A stretch of 46,710 nt of DNA, taken from positions 2,240 through 48,949 of the forward strand of contig PFRJ01000094.1 in assembly GCA_002788515.1 (NCBI GenBank). The letters run 5' to 3'. This document shows, in pieces, positions 1 to 9,093 of this stretch; position 1 is the first letter of the stretch, and the number at the start of each line of letters is the position of its first letter. Source of the stretch: Nitrosopumilales archaeon CG_4_9_14_0_2_um_filter_34_16 (GTDB taxonomy: Archaea; Thermoproteota; Nitrososphaeria; Nitrososphaerales; Nitrosopumilaceae). The notes beneath the pieces were generated by a model, which saw only the letters and a program-made list of their open reading frames with translations, did not search any database and was not told the origin of the DNA. The translations under genes were made by a program, and so were the position numbers.

Positions 1-76
1 TTGAGATTACTTCTTTTGCACGTTTTTCAAGTTCTTTGCATTTTGAACAACCACTTCCCAAAATTTCAATTTTCAT
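1..76 (-). CDS. Small redox-active thioredoxin-like protein (MTH895 type), partial (runs off window edge)
   Basis: Hand translation MKIEILGSGCSKCKELEKRAKEVIS with CxxC; this family is common in ars clusters; missing from ORF track. Confidence 0.8.
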   Translation of the reverse strand, partial: MKIEILGSGCSKCKELEKRAKEVIS

Positions 77-351
77 AGCATCTGCCCAAAATATCATATT
101 TAATCGGTTTCCACTTTTTCAAAGATGGGTTTAGGACAAAATACGACCTCAACGAGTAAAATAAAATATCACTATAATATCTAACAAAAAAATCAAAGCC
201 CAATAATTTCAAACCTATGAACATACACAGAGATATTTGCTGAAAAAATCTAATTCTTTTTGATAAATAGTACCATCAGAGTCCAATAGTTCCACTTTAG
301 TCCTAGAAACTATGAAATCTTTTACTTTCAATTAAGTTACGAATTTTGATT

Positions 352-783
352 TCACTCCAATTCTGAAATAAACTCTTTTACTTTTTTCTCGATTTGGTCA
401 CGAATCTCACGTACTTTCTCAATTGGTTTGTCTTTTGGATCCTCAATATCCCATTCTATCATTTTTGGAACCATTGCTGTTGGACACATTCCTTTGTCCA
501 TGCATCCCATGTTTACTGCTTTTTTGCTAGTTCTGATCATCTCTTCAGTTATTCCCTTTGCCTCATGCTTTGACATGTCGATTCCAACCTCTTTCATTGC
601 TTGAATTGCAAGTGGATTGATGTATCCTTTAGGCTCTGTTCCTCCACTTACTGCCTCGTATCCTTTTGGAGCATATTTTTTAAAAAAGGCTTCAGCCATT
701 TGACTTCTACCTGAATTTTCAACACATGCAAACATTATCTTTGTTTTAGGTTTTGATTTTCCAAACAAACCCATATCAATCAC
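352..783 (-). CDS. arsC: Arsenate reductase, LMW-PTP/thioredoxin-coupled family
   Basis: P-loop CVENSGRS (CX5R), resolving Cys in MGCM..MCP, WDIEDP; GTG overlaps arsM stop (alternative ATG at 774). Confidence 0.85.
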   Translation of the reverse strand: MIDMGLFGKSKPKTKIMFACVENSGRSQMAEAFFKKYAPKGYEAVSGGTEPKGYINPLAIQAMKEVGIDMSKHEAKGITEEMIRTSKKAVNMGCMDKGMCPTAMVPKMIEWDIEDPKDKPIEKVREIRDQIEKKVKEFISELE

Positions 784-1538
784 TTTGTTGCCTTGATTAC
801 AAGGCTGGTAATCTTTCTACCGTTGATTTTCTCTCCTTCCATGTATGCTCTTCCTTCTAAGACTTCGATTTTTTCAAAACCTGCTTGTCTAATGCATGAA
901 AGATAGTTTTCTTTTGTCAGTGCACCATCAATACATTCACACCATTGGTTTGAATTAAATTCTCCTGATGCAAGTTCTACATCTGTAATTAGATCAGAGA
1001 TCACCATTCGTCCATTATTTTTTAAAATTCGAAACACTTCTTTGAATGCATTTGTTTTGTTTGTTGTTAGATTGATTACGCAATTACTAATTACTGCGTC
1101 AACAGAGTTGGAATTCAATGGAATTTTCTCTTCAATATCTCCTTTTTTAAATTCAACATTAGAGTAATTTCCCTTTGTTGCATTTTCTCTTGCTTTTTCT
1201 AACATTTGGTCTGTCATGTCAATTCCTATTGCTTTTCCTGAATCAAGCACTTTTTTTGCAGCCAAAAAAATATCGATCCCGGCTCCTGAACCTAAATCAA
1301 CTACAATTTCTCCTTTCTTTAGTTCTGCATGATTGATTGGTGCACCACATCCAACGCCTAAAATTGCTTCTCGTGGAATTGATTCTAAATCCTTTTGATC
1401 ATAACCAACTAGTTTTGTCGCATCAACAGGAGAATCTCCCGGTTTGCATTCTCCTGGCATGCAACAACAGTCAGTATTTCCAGACATAACTATCTTAGAA
1501 TATCTTTTTTTGATGTCTTCTTTAATTGAATTTTTCAT
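780..1538 (-). CDS. arsM: Arsenite S-adenosylmethionine methyltransferase
   Basis: [32 protein letters not shown]-terminal CCC; start moved to ATG 1538 ([13 protein letters not shown]) to avoid overlapping the divergent gene. Confidence 0.88.
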   Translation of the reverse strand: MKNSIKEDIKKRYSKIVMSGNTDCCCMPGECKPGDSPVDATKLVGYDQKDLESIPREAILGVGCGAPINHAELKKGEIVVDLGSGAGIDIFLAAKKVLDSGKAIGIDMTDQMLEKARENATKGNYSNVEFKKGDIEEKIPLNSNSVDAVISNCVINLTTNKTNAFKEVFRILKNNGRMVISDLITDVELASGEFNSNQWCECIDGALTKENYLSCIRQAGFEKIEVLEGRAYMEGEKINGRKITSLVIKATK

Positions 1539-1544
1539 GTTATG

Positions 1545-1559
1545 GTTTACTAGGTAAAC
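1545..1559. promoter_or_regulatory. Inverted repeat, candidate operator of the HxlR regulator
   Basis: GTTTAC-tag-GTAAAC in the 63-bp divergent arsM/hxlR spacer. Confidence 0.5.
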
Positions 1560-1601
1560 TATTAAAGTTGTCAAGTAGAATCCAATACAGTTAGTGTAAT
1601 T

Positions 1602-1979
1602 ATGGAAACTAAAGGAAAAAGACTGCCAGTAATCCAAAACAAATGCGAATTTGCAGGATATGATGCAACAAAACTATTGAAAGAAACAGCAACCATTCGT
1701 GATCTTATCACAAAAAGGGCAACACTTGAAATTCTCTTTCCGCTATGCTGTACAACAAAACCAGTAAGACACAAGCAATTCAAAGAATCCCTCAAAGGAA
1801 TTAGCAGCAAGACACTATCTACAAGACTATCTGAACTAGTTTCTGAAGGAATATTGGAACGAAAAACATTTGCAGAAGTTCCACCTCGTGTAGAATACAA
1901 ACTGACCAAAAAAGGTCAAGAACTAATTGAATCAATTACGGATTTGCTTGAGTGGATGAGAAAATGGTCAAAGAAATAA
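1602..1979 (+). CDS. HxlR-family winged-helix transcription regulator
   Basis: GISSKTLSTRLSEL...ERKTFAEVPPRVEYKLTKKG signature. Confidence 0.9.
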   Translation: METKGKRLPVIQNKCEFAGYDATKLLKETATIRDLITKRATLEILFPLCCTTKPVRHKQFKESLKGISSKTLSTRLSELVSEGILERKTFAEVPPRVEYKLTKKGQELIESITDLLEWMRKWSKK

Positions 1980-2065
1980 TGTCACTAGCAACCAAAGTTG
2001 CTGGCGGAAGAATTCACGCCTGATGACCTAAGCCACCAGCTCGGAAATCACTTCTTAGCGTGCAA
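1973..2065 (-). ncRNA. Structured repeat copy 1 (candidate ncRNA or ssDNA hairpin element)
   Basis: 84/93 nt identical to 3545-3637; two tetraloop hairpins and a long-range stem on the minus strand. Confidence 0.55.
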
Positions 2066-2116
2066 TTCAATTTACGATCAACGATCTAGTGGTTTATTTT
2101 ATTGGGGATAAATTTT

Positions 2117-3457
2117 TTAATTCTTTGGAGGATGTGGATGATCATCCTCTGTACTCTTATCCGCTTTTATTCTCTCATCAAAAAATAGACAAGCTGTAAG
2201 ATCCCCTGTAACATTGACCGCTGTTCTGGTCATATCTAAAATTCTGTCAACTCCTAACAAAAGTACAACTGCGATGGGAGGAATGCCTGCAGCAATCAGA
2301 ATTGTTGAAAGTATTACAATTCCTGTTCCTGGTGCTGATGGGGCCCCAATTGATGCTGCAAGTGCTGTTAGTGAAATCAACAAAATTGTGGTAAACCCCA
2401 AATCAATACTGAAAAGTTGTGCCAAGAAAAACACGGCTATTATTTGGTATAGTGCGGTTCCATCCATGTTAATTGTGGCACCCAAAGGAATGACGAATTG
2501 TGAAACTTTTGGTTTTACTTTCATCTTTTCTTCTGCAGTTTTAATTGATAGTGGCATTACTGCTGCAGAACTGGAAGTTGAAAATGCCAATAATTGAGCA
2601 TCTTTCATCATTGCAAAAGTAGAAAACAAAGGTCTCTTTGTAAAAAATTTGATAATTAGAATGTAGACAAGCATCATTATCAATAAACCAACTATTACAG
2701 TTATCATGTATGCTCCAAGTCCTGCAAGTGCAGATAATCCAAGCTTTGACGTTAGTCCAACCATAAGACCAAATGCTGCAAATGGTGCTAAACGCATTGC
2801 CCATGAAACTATTTTCAGGGTAAGTTTCTGTATGGATTCTAACAAGTCAAGGATTGGCTCTGATCTTTTTTTTGGTAAAGTAATTAATGACACTCCGACA
2901 ATTACTGCAAAAACAATGATGCTCAACATCTCTCCAGACATGAATGATGCCAATGGATTGCTGGGAACAATTCCCACTATGCTCTGAGGAATATCTTGAA
3001 GGGATAATTCTGTTCTTTGAACTGGTTCCACATTCTCAATTCCAAAACTTTCTCTGATCAAAGAACTATCAATAAAATTACCCGGCTCTATTGTGATTAC
3101 AAGAAGGATTCCTATAGTTAATGCTATTACAGTTGTTGCAATAAAATACAAAGAAATACCTAAACCAAGTTTTTGAAGCTGTTCTAAACTTCCCGATGAT
3201 GTAAGTCCTCGAATAATTGATGCAAAAATTAGCGGTACAATAATCATCTGAATAATCTTCAGAAAGAGATTGGCTGGAATAGATAACCAATCAGTAATTA
3301 TTTCTGCAGTTTCTTTTTCAACAATTCCAAATTCAGGTCCTATAACCATACCAAAAACTAATCCTAGAAATAACGCAAAAATCACCTGTGCCCATAATTT
3401 TTTCTTTATTAGATATGTGATTTGAGGGACATGATAATTGAATGACTTTGTTTCCAT
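2117..3457 (-). CDS. Dicarboxylate/amino acid:cation symporter (GltP/DctA, SDF family)
   Basis: AFSTSSSAA, PLGATINMDG, GVDRILDMTRTAVNVTGD motifs. Confidence 0.93.
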   Translation of the reverse strand: METKSFNYHVPQITYLIKKKLWAQVIFALFLGLVFGMVIGPEFGIVEKETAEIITDWLSIPANLFLKIIQMIIVPLIFASIIRGLTSSGSLEQLQKLGLGISLYFIATTVIALTIGILLVITIEPGNFIDSSLIRESFGIENVEPVQRTELSLQDIPQSIVGIVPSNPLASFMSGEMLSIIVFAVIVGVSLITLPKKRSEPILDLLESIQKLTLKIVSWAMRLAPFAAFGLMVGLTSKLGLSALAGLGAYMITVIVGLLIMMLVYILIIKFFTKRPLFSTFAMMKDAQLLAFSTSSSAAVMPLSIKTAEEKMKVKPKVSQFVIPLGATINMDGTALYQIIAVFFLAQLFSIDLGFTTILLISLTALAASIGAPSAPGTGIVILSTILIAAGIPPIAVVLLLGVDRILDMTRTAVNVTGDLTACLFFDERIKADKSTEDDHPHPPKN

Positions 3458-3544
3458 TGATGATCAATGTTTTGATATCATTCATCATTATTGACTGTTG
3501 TACTAATCTAAAATTTACAAAACAATTCCATCTTTTTGAATAAT

Positions 3545-3637
3545 GAAATAATGTCGCTAGCAACCGAAGTTGCTAGCGGAAGAATTCACGACTGGCAACC
3601 AAAGCCACCAGCTCGGAAATCACTTCTTGGCGTGCAA
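3545..3637 (-). ncRNA. Structured repeat copy 2 (candidate ncRNA or ssDNA hairpin element)
   Basis: Direct repeat of 1973-2065; minus strand has a perfect 10-bp stem closed by a C(UUCG)G loop; lies 88 nt upstream of the symporter start. Confidence 0.55.
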
Positions 3638-3702
3638 ACCAATTACTGTTAATTGAATGTAAATTAGCCATAAATGTTTGGATTTAATACCTCACATCTA
3701 GT

Positions 3703-4287
3703 ATGTCATTTATGACGTTAAAAATAATGCAAGATAATTCTAATGTCTCAACAACTGAATTTCCTTGTGTTGTATGTCATACAAATTGCTGTAAAGAATA
3801 TGTGATATTTGTTAATGCTCATGATATTTATCGGCTCTCATCTAGATTGGGAGTTGCACCTGAGGTTTTTCTTGAACTTTATGGTGCAAAGGACTATGAT
3901 CTTGGAATAAAGGTAAAAGAAGGTTTGATAGATCTGGCACTAAAACAAAAAAATGGAGGATGCATGTTTCTTGAAGAATCTAAAAATATCTTTCGATGCA
4001 CTGTAAATGACTTTAAACCAAGTGTGTGCAAATCATATCCATTTCAAATGGAACATGGAAAACTAGTTCAGATGAGTGATAAGATGTGTCCTGCTGAATG
4101 GGACACTACAGAATTTGATGCTATGATGAGAACTCATCTTAAAAAAGATGAAGATGAATGGAAGTTTTATGATGCCCTTGTTCTAGAATGGAATACAAAG
4201 CATTGGAGAAAAAAACCTTTGTCTGCATTTTTAAAATTCATGTTAGATAGAGTAGTTTTAGAATTTGCAAAACCTATAAAGACTTAA
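3703..4287 (+). CDS. YkgJ-family cysteine-cluster (CxxCxxxCC) protein
   Basis: CVVCHTNCC, GGCMFL, CTVNDFKPSVCKSYPF. Confidence 0.8.
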   Translation: MSFMTLKIMQDNSNVSTTEFPCVVCHTNCCKEYVIFVNAHDIYRLSSRLGVAPEVFLELYGAKDYDLGIKVKEGLIDLALKQKNGGCMFLEESKNIFRCTVNDFKPSVCKSYPFQMEHGKLVQMSDKMCPAEWDTTEFDAMMRTHLKKDEDEWKFYDALVLEWNTKHWRKKPLSAFLKFMLDRVVLEFAKPIKT

Positions 4288-4353
4288 ACTCTAAATTCAA
4301 TCCAAACACGATCATCAGCGAAACAAATCTAAAATTGTAAACTTGGTGAAGAG

Positions 4354-4479
4354 ATGTTTCATCTAGAAAAATGGTGTGATGATGAATATAAGAAAAAACT
4401 ACAAGAATTAGTTATCAAAGATGAGGAATTAGTTAAAGATGTCATTAGAAAAATAAAGTCCGAGAAAGGCTTGGAATGA
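4354..4479 (+). CDS. Small hypothetical protein or gene remnant (41 aa)
   Basis: Hand translation MFHLEKWCDDEYKKKLQELVIKDEELVKDVIRKIKSEKGLE. Confidence 0.3.
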   Translation: MFHLEKWCDDEYKKKLQELVIKDEELVKDVIRKIKSEKGLE

Positions 4480-4571
4480 AAACTGGTAATTATTACACTA
4501 GGTATTTTTTAGGCATTTTCCTGAATCCCAATTCACCATTTTATAGTCTAAATCAATATCCTGTCTGATTT

Positions 4572-4580
4572 TGAATATCA
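4572..4580. promoter_or_regulatory. Island box half-site
   Basis: TGAATATCA ending 39 nt before ATG 4619. Confidence 0.45.
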
Positions 4581-4618
4581 AAGTTATATTTGTTGAACTA
4601 ATATTGTTTGTGAATTTC

Positions 4619-5062
4619 ATGCATGACAAAAAATACTGGGTTTTGGGCATGTTTTTTATTTTTATAACTTTGAATGTTTTGAATATGTCTTTAAACAAAC
4701 CTAGTATATTGCAATATCTGAACCTTGATCAGTTCTTAATTCCCTACACTACAATGGTTCCAATCATACTTGCCATCAGTTGTTTTATTATAATTAAAAA
4801 AAAGAAAGAATTCCGACAAAAACAAGAAAAAATAGAAAATGTTCTTAATACTTCTCTAGAGCATGAGGATACTATTCAACACGATGAAAATGAAAAACCT
4901 ATTACATATGTAGATGAAAAAGGAATAAACTTGCTAGAGCATGAGGATGCCATTCAACATGATAAAAATGATGATCCTATAACATTTGTTGGTGAGATAG
5001 ATGAATCTGAAAAGAAATTAGATGGAGGAACTGATTCTAATACTGCTAATTATAAAAAATAG
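4619..5062 (+). CDS. Hypothetical membrane protein with an acidic repeated tail
   Basis: Two hydrophobic segments; 26-aa-period repeat LEHED.IQHD.N..PIT.V.E; ATG 4619 preferred. Confidence 0.6.
   Translation: MHDKKYWVLGMFFIFITLNVLNMSLNKPSILQYLNLDQFLIPYTTMVPIILAISCFIIIKKKKEFRQKQEKIENVLNTSLEHEDTIQHDENEKPITYVDEKGINLLEHEDAIQHDKNDDPITFVGEIDESEKKLDGGTDSNTANYKK
4856..4998 (+). repeat. 78-nt-period intragenic tandem duplication
   Basis: CTAGAGCATGAGGAT...ATTCAACA begins at both 4856 and 4934. Confidence 0.75.
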
Positions 5063-5064
5063 AT

Positions 5065-6672
5065 ATGTCGTTTGAAGCAATTTTGTTTATCGCAGTATTG
5101 GTAATTGCATCAAAACTTGGTGGTGAATTGCTTCATAGAATTGGGCAGCCTACTATTCTTGGAAATGTTATTGCCGGAATAGTCGTAGGCCCTGCACTTT
5201 TGGCGATTGTTCAACCAATAGAAGCTATAGAACTTTTTGTTTCAATAGGTGTTTTCTTTTTGTTTTTCTTGATTGGCCTTGAAGAAATTGATCTTGCTGG
5301 ATTGTTCAAAGTGATGAAGGGAAAAATATTTGCAGGATCTGCTGTTGCATTTTTGATACCATTTTTAGTTGCAGGACTTTTTGGATTGGCAATTGATATG
5401 GATTTCATACAATCCTTTGCTATTGCAAGTGTGATTGCAGCATCGAGTCTGGGTGTAACAGCTAAAGTACTAAGTGATCTTGGAAAACTAAAATCAACTA
5501 TTGGCCTTGAAATTTTTACAGTAACTGCAATTGTAGAATTCATTGCAATTATTTTTGTAAGTGTGTTTATTCAGATAGACACAAGTTCTGATTTTCCAGA
5601 AATCGCTGAGATGGTTTGGTTGTTTGTAAAGATGATTATCTTTTTTGCCATCTCTGGGCTTGCATCTGTGCTGGTTTTACCTCGTTTTTTCAGATTAATC
5701 AAAAAACATCTCCGTGTCCAGGAGGCATATTTTGCTGTAGTAATTGGAATGATCTTGCTTGTAGCATATTTTGCTGAACTCAGTGGAGTTCATGGTGCCA
5801 TTGGGGCTCTGCTTTTGGGAATTGCAGTCTCTAGGATGAATAAAGATGATTATCAAGAAATCTCAAAAAATGTCAGTGTAATAGGGTATGGAATTTTCAT
5901 TCCGATATTTTTTGCAGGAATTGGATTGCATTTCAGTCTTGCATTCTTAGAATTGGAATGGTGGATAATTGTTGTTTTTATAGGTATTATGACTGGTGTG
6001 AAATTTTTGAGTTCTTATGTTGCAGTACGTATAGCCAAAATGAGACCTGCAACTACTGTAGCATATGGTGTGATGTCAAAAGGTGCAGTCGATCTGGCAT
6101 TGATGCTTTCTTTGTTACAAGCAAATATTATGGATGATAAATTATTCTCACTTTTAGTTTTGGGTACCCTTATGACTATGATTATATCTAGTGTTGAACT
6201 TCAACGTAAATTAAAAAAAATAATTCATGTCAAAGTTGGAACTTCAGAACTTGGATTGGTACCAATCTTTTTTAGAAGAGTAGTATCTGACACTCCCGCT
6301 ATGGCAGTAATCACAACATCATTTTCTAAAACCGCACCCAATATTACAACTAAGGAATTTTCTAAATCTTATGATGCCAAAAAACCTTTTCTTGTTTTTG
6401 ATAATGAAGATAATTTAGTAGGGATCGTATCTAAAAAAGAGATAGATAAATCTCATAAAAAAATACGAGAACAAATTACTATTGGCGATGTAATGTATAG
6501 AAAATTTCATACAACTCTTCCTGGTGACTATCTCTTCACAGTAATTCAAAAAATGAATTCCCATCCATTTGATATGATTCCTGTTGTGGATCCAAATGAT
6601 TCTAGAAAGGTAATCGGAATTGTAACGAGTGAGGCTATTCTGAATTTGTTGACAGAAACAAAAAAACTGTAA
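5065..6672 (+). CDS. Cation:proton antiporter (CPA2/Kef-type) with C-terminal CBS pair
   Basis: IGQPTILGNVIAGIVVGP, about 12 TM segments, C-terminal LVGIVS and VIGIVT CBS motifs. Confidence 0.88.
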   Translation: MSFEAILFIAVLVIASKLGGELLHRIGQPTILGNVIAGIVVGPALLAIVQPIEAIELFVSIGVFFLFFLIGLEEIDLAGLFKVMKGKIFAGSAVAFLIPFLVAGLFGLAIDMDFIQSFAIASVIAASSLGVTAKVLSDLGKLKSTIGLEIFTVTAIVEFIAIIFVSVFIQIDTSSDFPEIAEMVWLFVKMIIFFAISGLASVLVLPRFFRLIKKHLRVQEAYFAVVIGMILLVAYFAELSGVHGAIGALLLGIAVSRMNKDDYQEISKNVSVIGYGIFIPIFFAGIGLHFSLAFLELEWWIIVVFIGIMTGVKFLSSYVAVRIAKMRPATTVAYGVMSKGAVDLALMLSLLQANIMDDKLFSLLVLGTLMTMIISSVELQRKLKKIIHVKVGTSELGLVPIFFRRVVSDTPAMAVITTSFSKTAPNITTKEFSKSYDAKKPFLVFDNEDNLVGIVSKKEIDKSHKKIREQITIGDVMYRKFHTTLPGDYLFTVIQKMNSHPFDMIPVVDPNDSRKVIGIVTSEAILNLLTETKKL

Positions 6673-6739
6673 TTTTACCCATATTTTGTAGGTAGGATAT
6701 ATTTGATCTGGACTAGTTTTTTCACGATCTGTTGAGTTT

Positions 6740-7030
6740 TTAGGAATCGTTTAGATTGGATAGCACTCTTTCAAGGTCTTGTTTTTCATATCTTAGGCTT
6801 TTTACAGTTGTGTTGTCTTGAATTAGTGTTAATGCAAATGCATGCATCATTTTTTTATTTTTATCCGATAAATCTGAATTGTTAACTATGCCATCCAAAT
6901 TTTTTGATTGTTCAACTAGTTTCATATTGTCTATATTTTTACTATCATTATTGCCTGATGCAATCTGATTTGTTAACTCTGTTTTAATATCGATTAAAAT
7001 TGTTTGAAGTGAATTTGTTTTATCCGACAT
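6740..7030 (-). CDS. Hypothetical protein
   Basis: 96-aa ORF with protein-like composition and no competing gene. Confidence 0.55.
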   Translation of the reverse strand: MSDKTNSLQTILIDIKTELTNQIASGNNDSKNIDNMKLVEQSKNLDGIVNNSDLSDKNKKMMHAFALTLIQDNTTVKSLRYEKQDLERVLSNLNDS

Positions 7031-7061
7031 GTGTTACTTGTGTTATACTAGTTAATTAACA

Positions 7062-7077
7062 TACAACACGTGTTGTA
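7062..7077. promoter_or_regulatory. Perfect 16-bp palindrome, candidate operator
   Basis: TACAACACGTGTTGTA, 32 nt upstream of ORF 6740-7030. Confidence 0.45.
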
Positions 7078-7166
7078 CACTTATTGTTTTCTTCATTAAA
7101 CTGATATGAATTCTTTTGATTTACCTGTTTACACCAGTACAAATAGAGGTGTAAATACAAACAATT

Positions 7167-7304
7167 ATGTCGTTATTTTGTAAACAATGTAATAATCGAC
7201 GACTGCCAAAGTGGATAAAATCTGAAAACAGAACAGATTGGCTTTGTGAAATTTGTAAAAATTTTGTTGATGCTGAAAACACCATTATTCGTCAATCTGA
7301 ATGA
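7167..7304 (+). CDS. Zinc-ribbon microprotein (45 aa)
   Basis: MSLFCKQCNNRRLPKWIKSENRTDWLCEICKNFVDAENTIIRQSE; two CxxC. Confidence 0.7.
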   Translation: MSLFCKQCNNRRLPKWIKSENRTDWLCEICKNFVDAENTIIRQSE

Positions 7305-7363
7305 TGATCTTACACTATTTCACTTTGTGAAAAGGGGAAATAGCAGAATGACTTCAAATGATC

Positions 7364-7456
7364 ATGTCAAATCAACTATACTGTGAAATATGTCACAAGT
7401 TAAAATTTCCAAGATTTGCTAAACAAAGCAAGTGTGAATGTAAAAACCCTCTCTAA
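7364..7456 (+). CDS. Cys-rich microprotein (30 aa)
   Basis: MSNQLYCEICHKLKFPRFAKQSKCECKNPL; CxxC plus CxC. Confidence 0.5.
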   Translation: MSNQLYCEICHKLKFPRFAKQSKCECKNPL

Positions 7457-7491
7457 TACATCAATTCCAAAAATTTTCTATTTTACAAGTA

Positions 7492-7803
7492 TTATCCATA
7501 ATCTATTTTTTTGATTCTTACGGAACTTCCTTTTGTTTCTAAATAATGGCCTATGAAATTAGTCATTTGTTCTCCTATTTTGTATCCTAATGCCCCCTGC
7601 ATCATTCCTGATTTTTCAATATGGTCTGCCATCTCTTTGCTAATCTGAATGTTAAAGAAGGTCCATCCAAATTTTGTAAATGGCTTTTCAATCCCATATC
7701 CATTTTTTACATTACACTCTATTTCTAAACTTTCTAGCGCTTTTCTTACGATTGAAATCTCTTTCTCATAACTTCTTGTACTGATTTGAAATAAAGGATT
7801 CAT
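7492..7803 (-). CDS. Hypothetical protein
   Basis: 103-aa ORF; degenerate island box (7840-7861) 37 nt upstream. Confidence 0.7.
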   Translation of the reverse strand: MNPLFQISTRSYEKEISIVRKALESLEIECNVKNGYGIEKPFTKFGWTFFNIQISKEMADHIEKSGMMQGALGYKIGEQMTNFIGHYLETKGSSVRIKKIDYG

Positions 7804-7941
7804 GGTTTCTAGCTCTTTAATTTGTTCTTGATATTTTAGTTAGTTTCACTCATGAATTTATCCAAAAACACGTTATTTTTTTTAACATTTTGTGTAGACT
7901 TTTACTCTATGCTGATAATAATTAGAAATTCTATTGATATT

Positions 7942-8049
7942 ATGACTGATTTACAATGTGAGCACTATTGGACTCCTAACGGATCTTATTTTTGCGTTCA
8001 TTGTGGAATAGACATTCATAAAAAAACAAACATTCCTTTAAAAAATTGA
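7942..8049 (+). CDS. Zinc-finger-like microprotein (35 aa)
   Basis: MTDLQCEHYWTPNGSYFCVHCGIDIHKKTNIPLKN; CxH...CxxC; internal ATG preferred over 7852. Confidence 0.5.
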   Translation: MTDLQCEHYWTPNGSYFCVHCGIDIHKKTNIPLKN

Positions 8050-8136
8050 TTTTTAAATACAAATCTGTTATTTCTTTTTGAAACAGACATTGTTTAATCT
8101 TGTGACTCTCATAAACTAGATTGAGTATGAGAAATT

Positions 8137-8730
8137 ATGACTTCAGTTATAGTAATTGATGATAATGAAGACATTGTGTCCTCTATGTCTGACCTTTTAG
8201 AATTTCACAAAATAGACGTTATTGGTACAGGCTCTAATGGATTGGAGTGTGTGGAATTATACGATACCCTTCGCCCTGATGTAGTTTTGCTTGATTTACA
8301 AATGCCTGAATATGATGGATTATACGCATTAAGAAAAATCCGAGAAAAATATGCTACTGCCATAGTTTTGATTGTCACTGGCGGATTTCCCCAATCGATG
8401 AATAATGATCTGGAATCTTTAAAGCCAACAAAAATTATTTTCAAGCCTGTTGACGTAAATACTTTAATTGAAACAATTTTAGATGTTTCCAATAGTACGA
8501 TGCCTTTCAAAATAAAATATACCTTCAAAGAAGATCCCAAACCCTATACTTGTGTTCTTACCTATGACCAATACAAGAATTTTAAAAATTTACCAATTAT
8601 TCAAGATTGTGAAATCATCAAAAAAGATGAAAAAAACATAGAGGCATACAAAAATGAGATGCAGCTTGCATTGAATTTGGCAGCAAAAAATGATATTTCA
8701 CACATTCAAAAATTATCTGAAATACTCTGA
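8137..8730 (+). CDS. Response regulator receiver protein with uncharacterised C-terminal domain
   Basis: VIDDNE, LLDLQMPEYDG (phosphoacceptor Asp), IVTG, FKP. Confidence 0.88.
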   Translation: MTSVIVIDDNEDIVSSMSDLLEFHKIDVIGTGSNGLECVELYDTLRPDVVLLDLQMPEYDGLYALRKIREKYATAIVLIVTGGFPQSMNNDLESLKPTKIIFKPVDVNTLIETILDVSNSTMPFKIKYTFKEDPKPYTCVLTYDQYKNFKNLPIIQDCEIIKKDEKNIEAYKNEMQLALNLAAKNDISHIQKLSEIL

Positions 8731-9081
8731 TTATTTTCTAGGTTTTCTGGGATTTTTTTCGTAGAATCGCTCTACATTTGAATTCCATTCCTTGGTTTCT
8801 GCCAGACGAGAGCGAGCATGTGGTCTTTTGCCATTGTTGGATAAAATTTCACTGTTGTTTTCATAAAACTTGTCCGTTTCATTAATTATGACATCTAAAA
8901 ATTCTGATGCTCCCTTGACCTCTTCCCCTTTTGGCTCTCTGTGGGTTGTTATTGATTTTGCAAGCGTCTCTATTTTTGCAATCTTTATCCTGTACTCACT
9001 AAGAACTCTATGTTCAAAAGTAATCATTTCATTTTTAGTGTATTTTACTAGTGTATGTTCATTTCGATTATGGTATTTCAT
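8731..9081 (-). CDS. Hypothetical protein
   Basis: 116-aa ORF, co-oriented and adjacent to 9094-9615. Confidence 0.7.
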   Translation of the reverse strand: MKYHNRNEHTLVKYTKNEMITFEHRVLSEYRIKIAKIETLAKSITTHREPKGEEVKGASEFLDVIINETDKFYENNSEILSNNGKRPHARSRLAETKEWNSNVERFYEKNPRKPRK

Positions 9082-9093
9082 AACAATGTGAGT

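Noticed and set aside
2020-2050. Hammerhead-like CUGAUGA...GAAA on the plus strand of repeat copy 1
   Set aside because: Copy 2 reads CUGGCAA there, no stem II forms, and G-U pairing favours the minus strand
1973-3637. Repeats as a CRISPR array, IS ends or a short-peptide gene (MSLATKVAGG...)
   Set aside because: Only two long direct copies 1.57 kb apart, no cas or transposase gene, and the plus-strand ORF has a stop in copy 1 that is absent in copy 2
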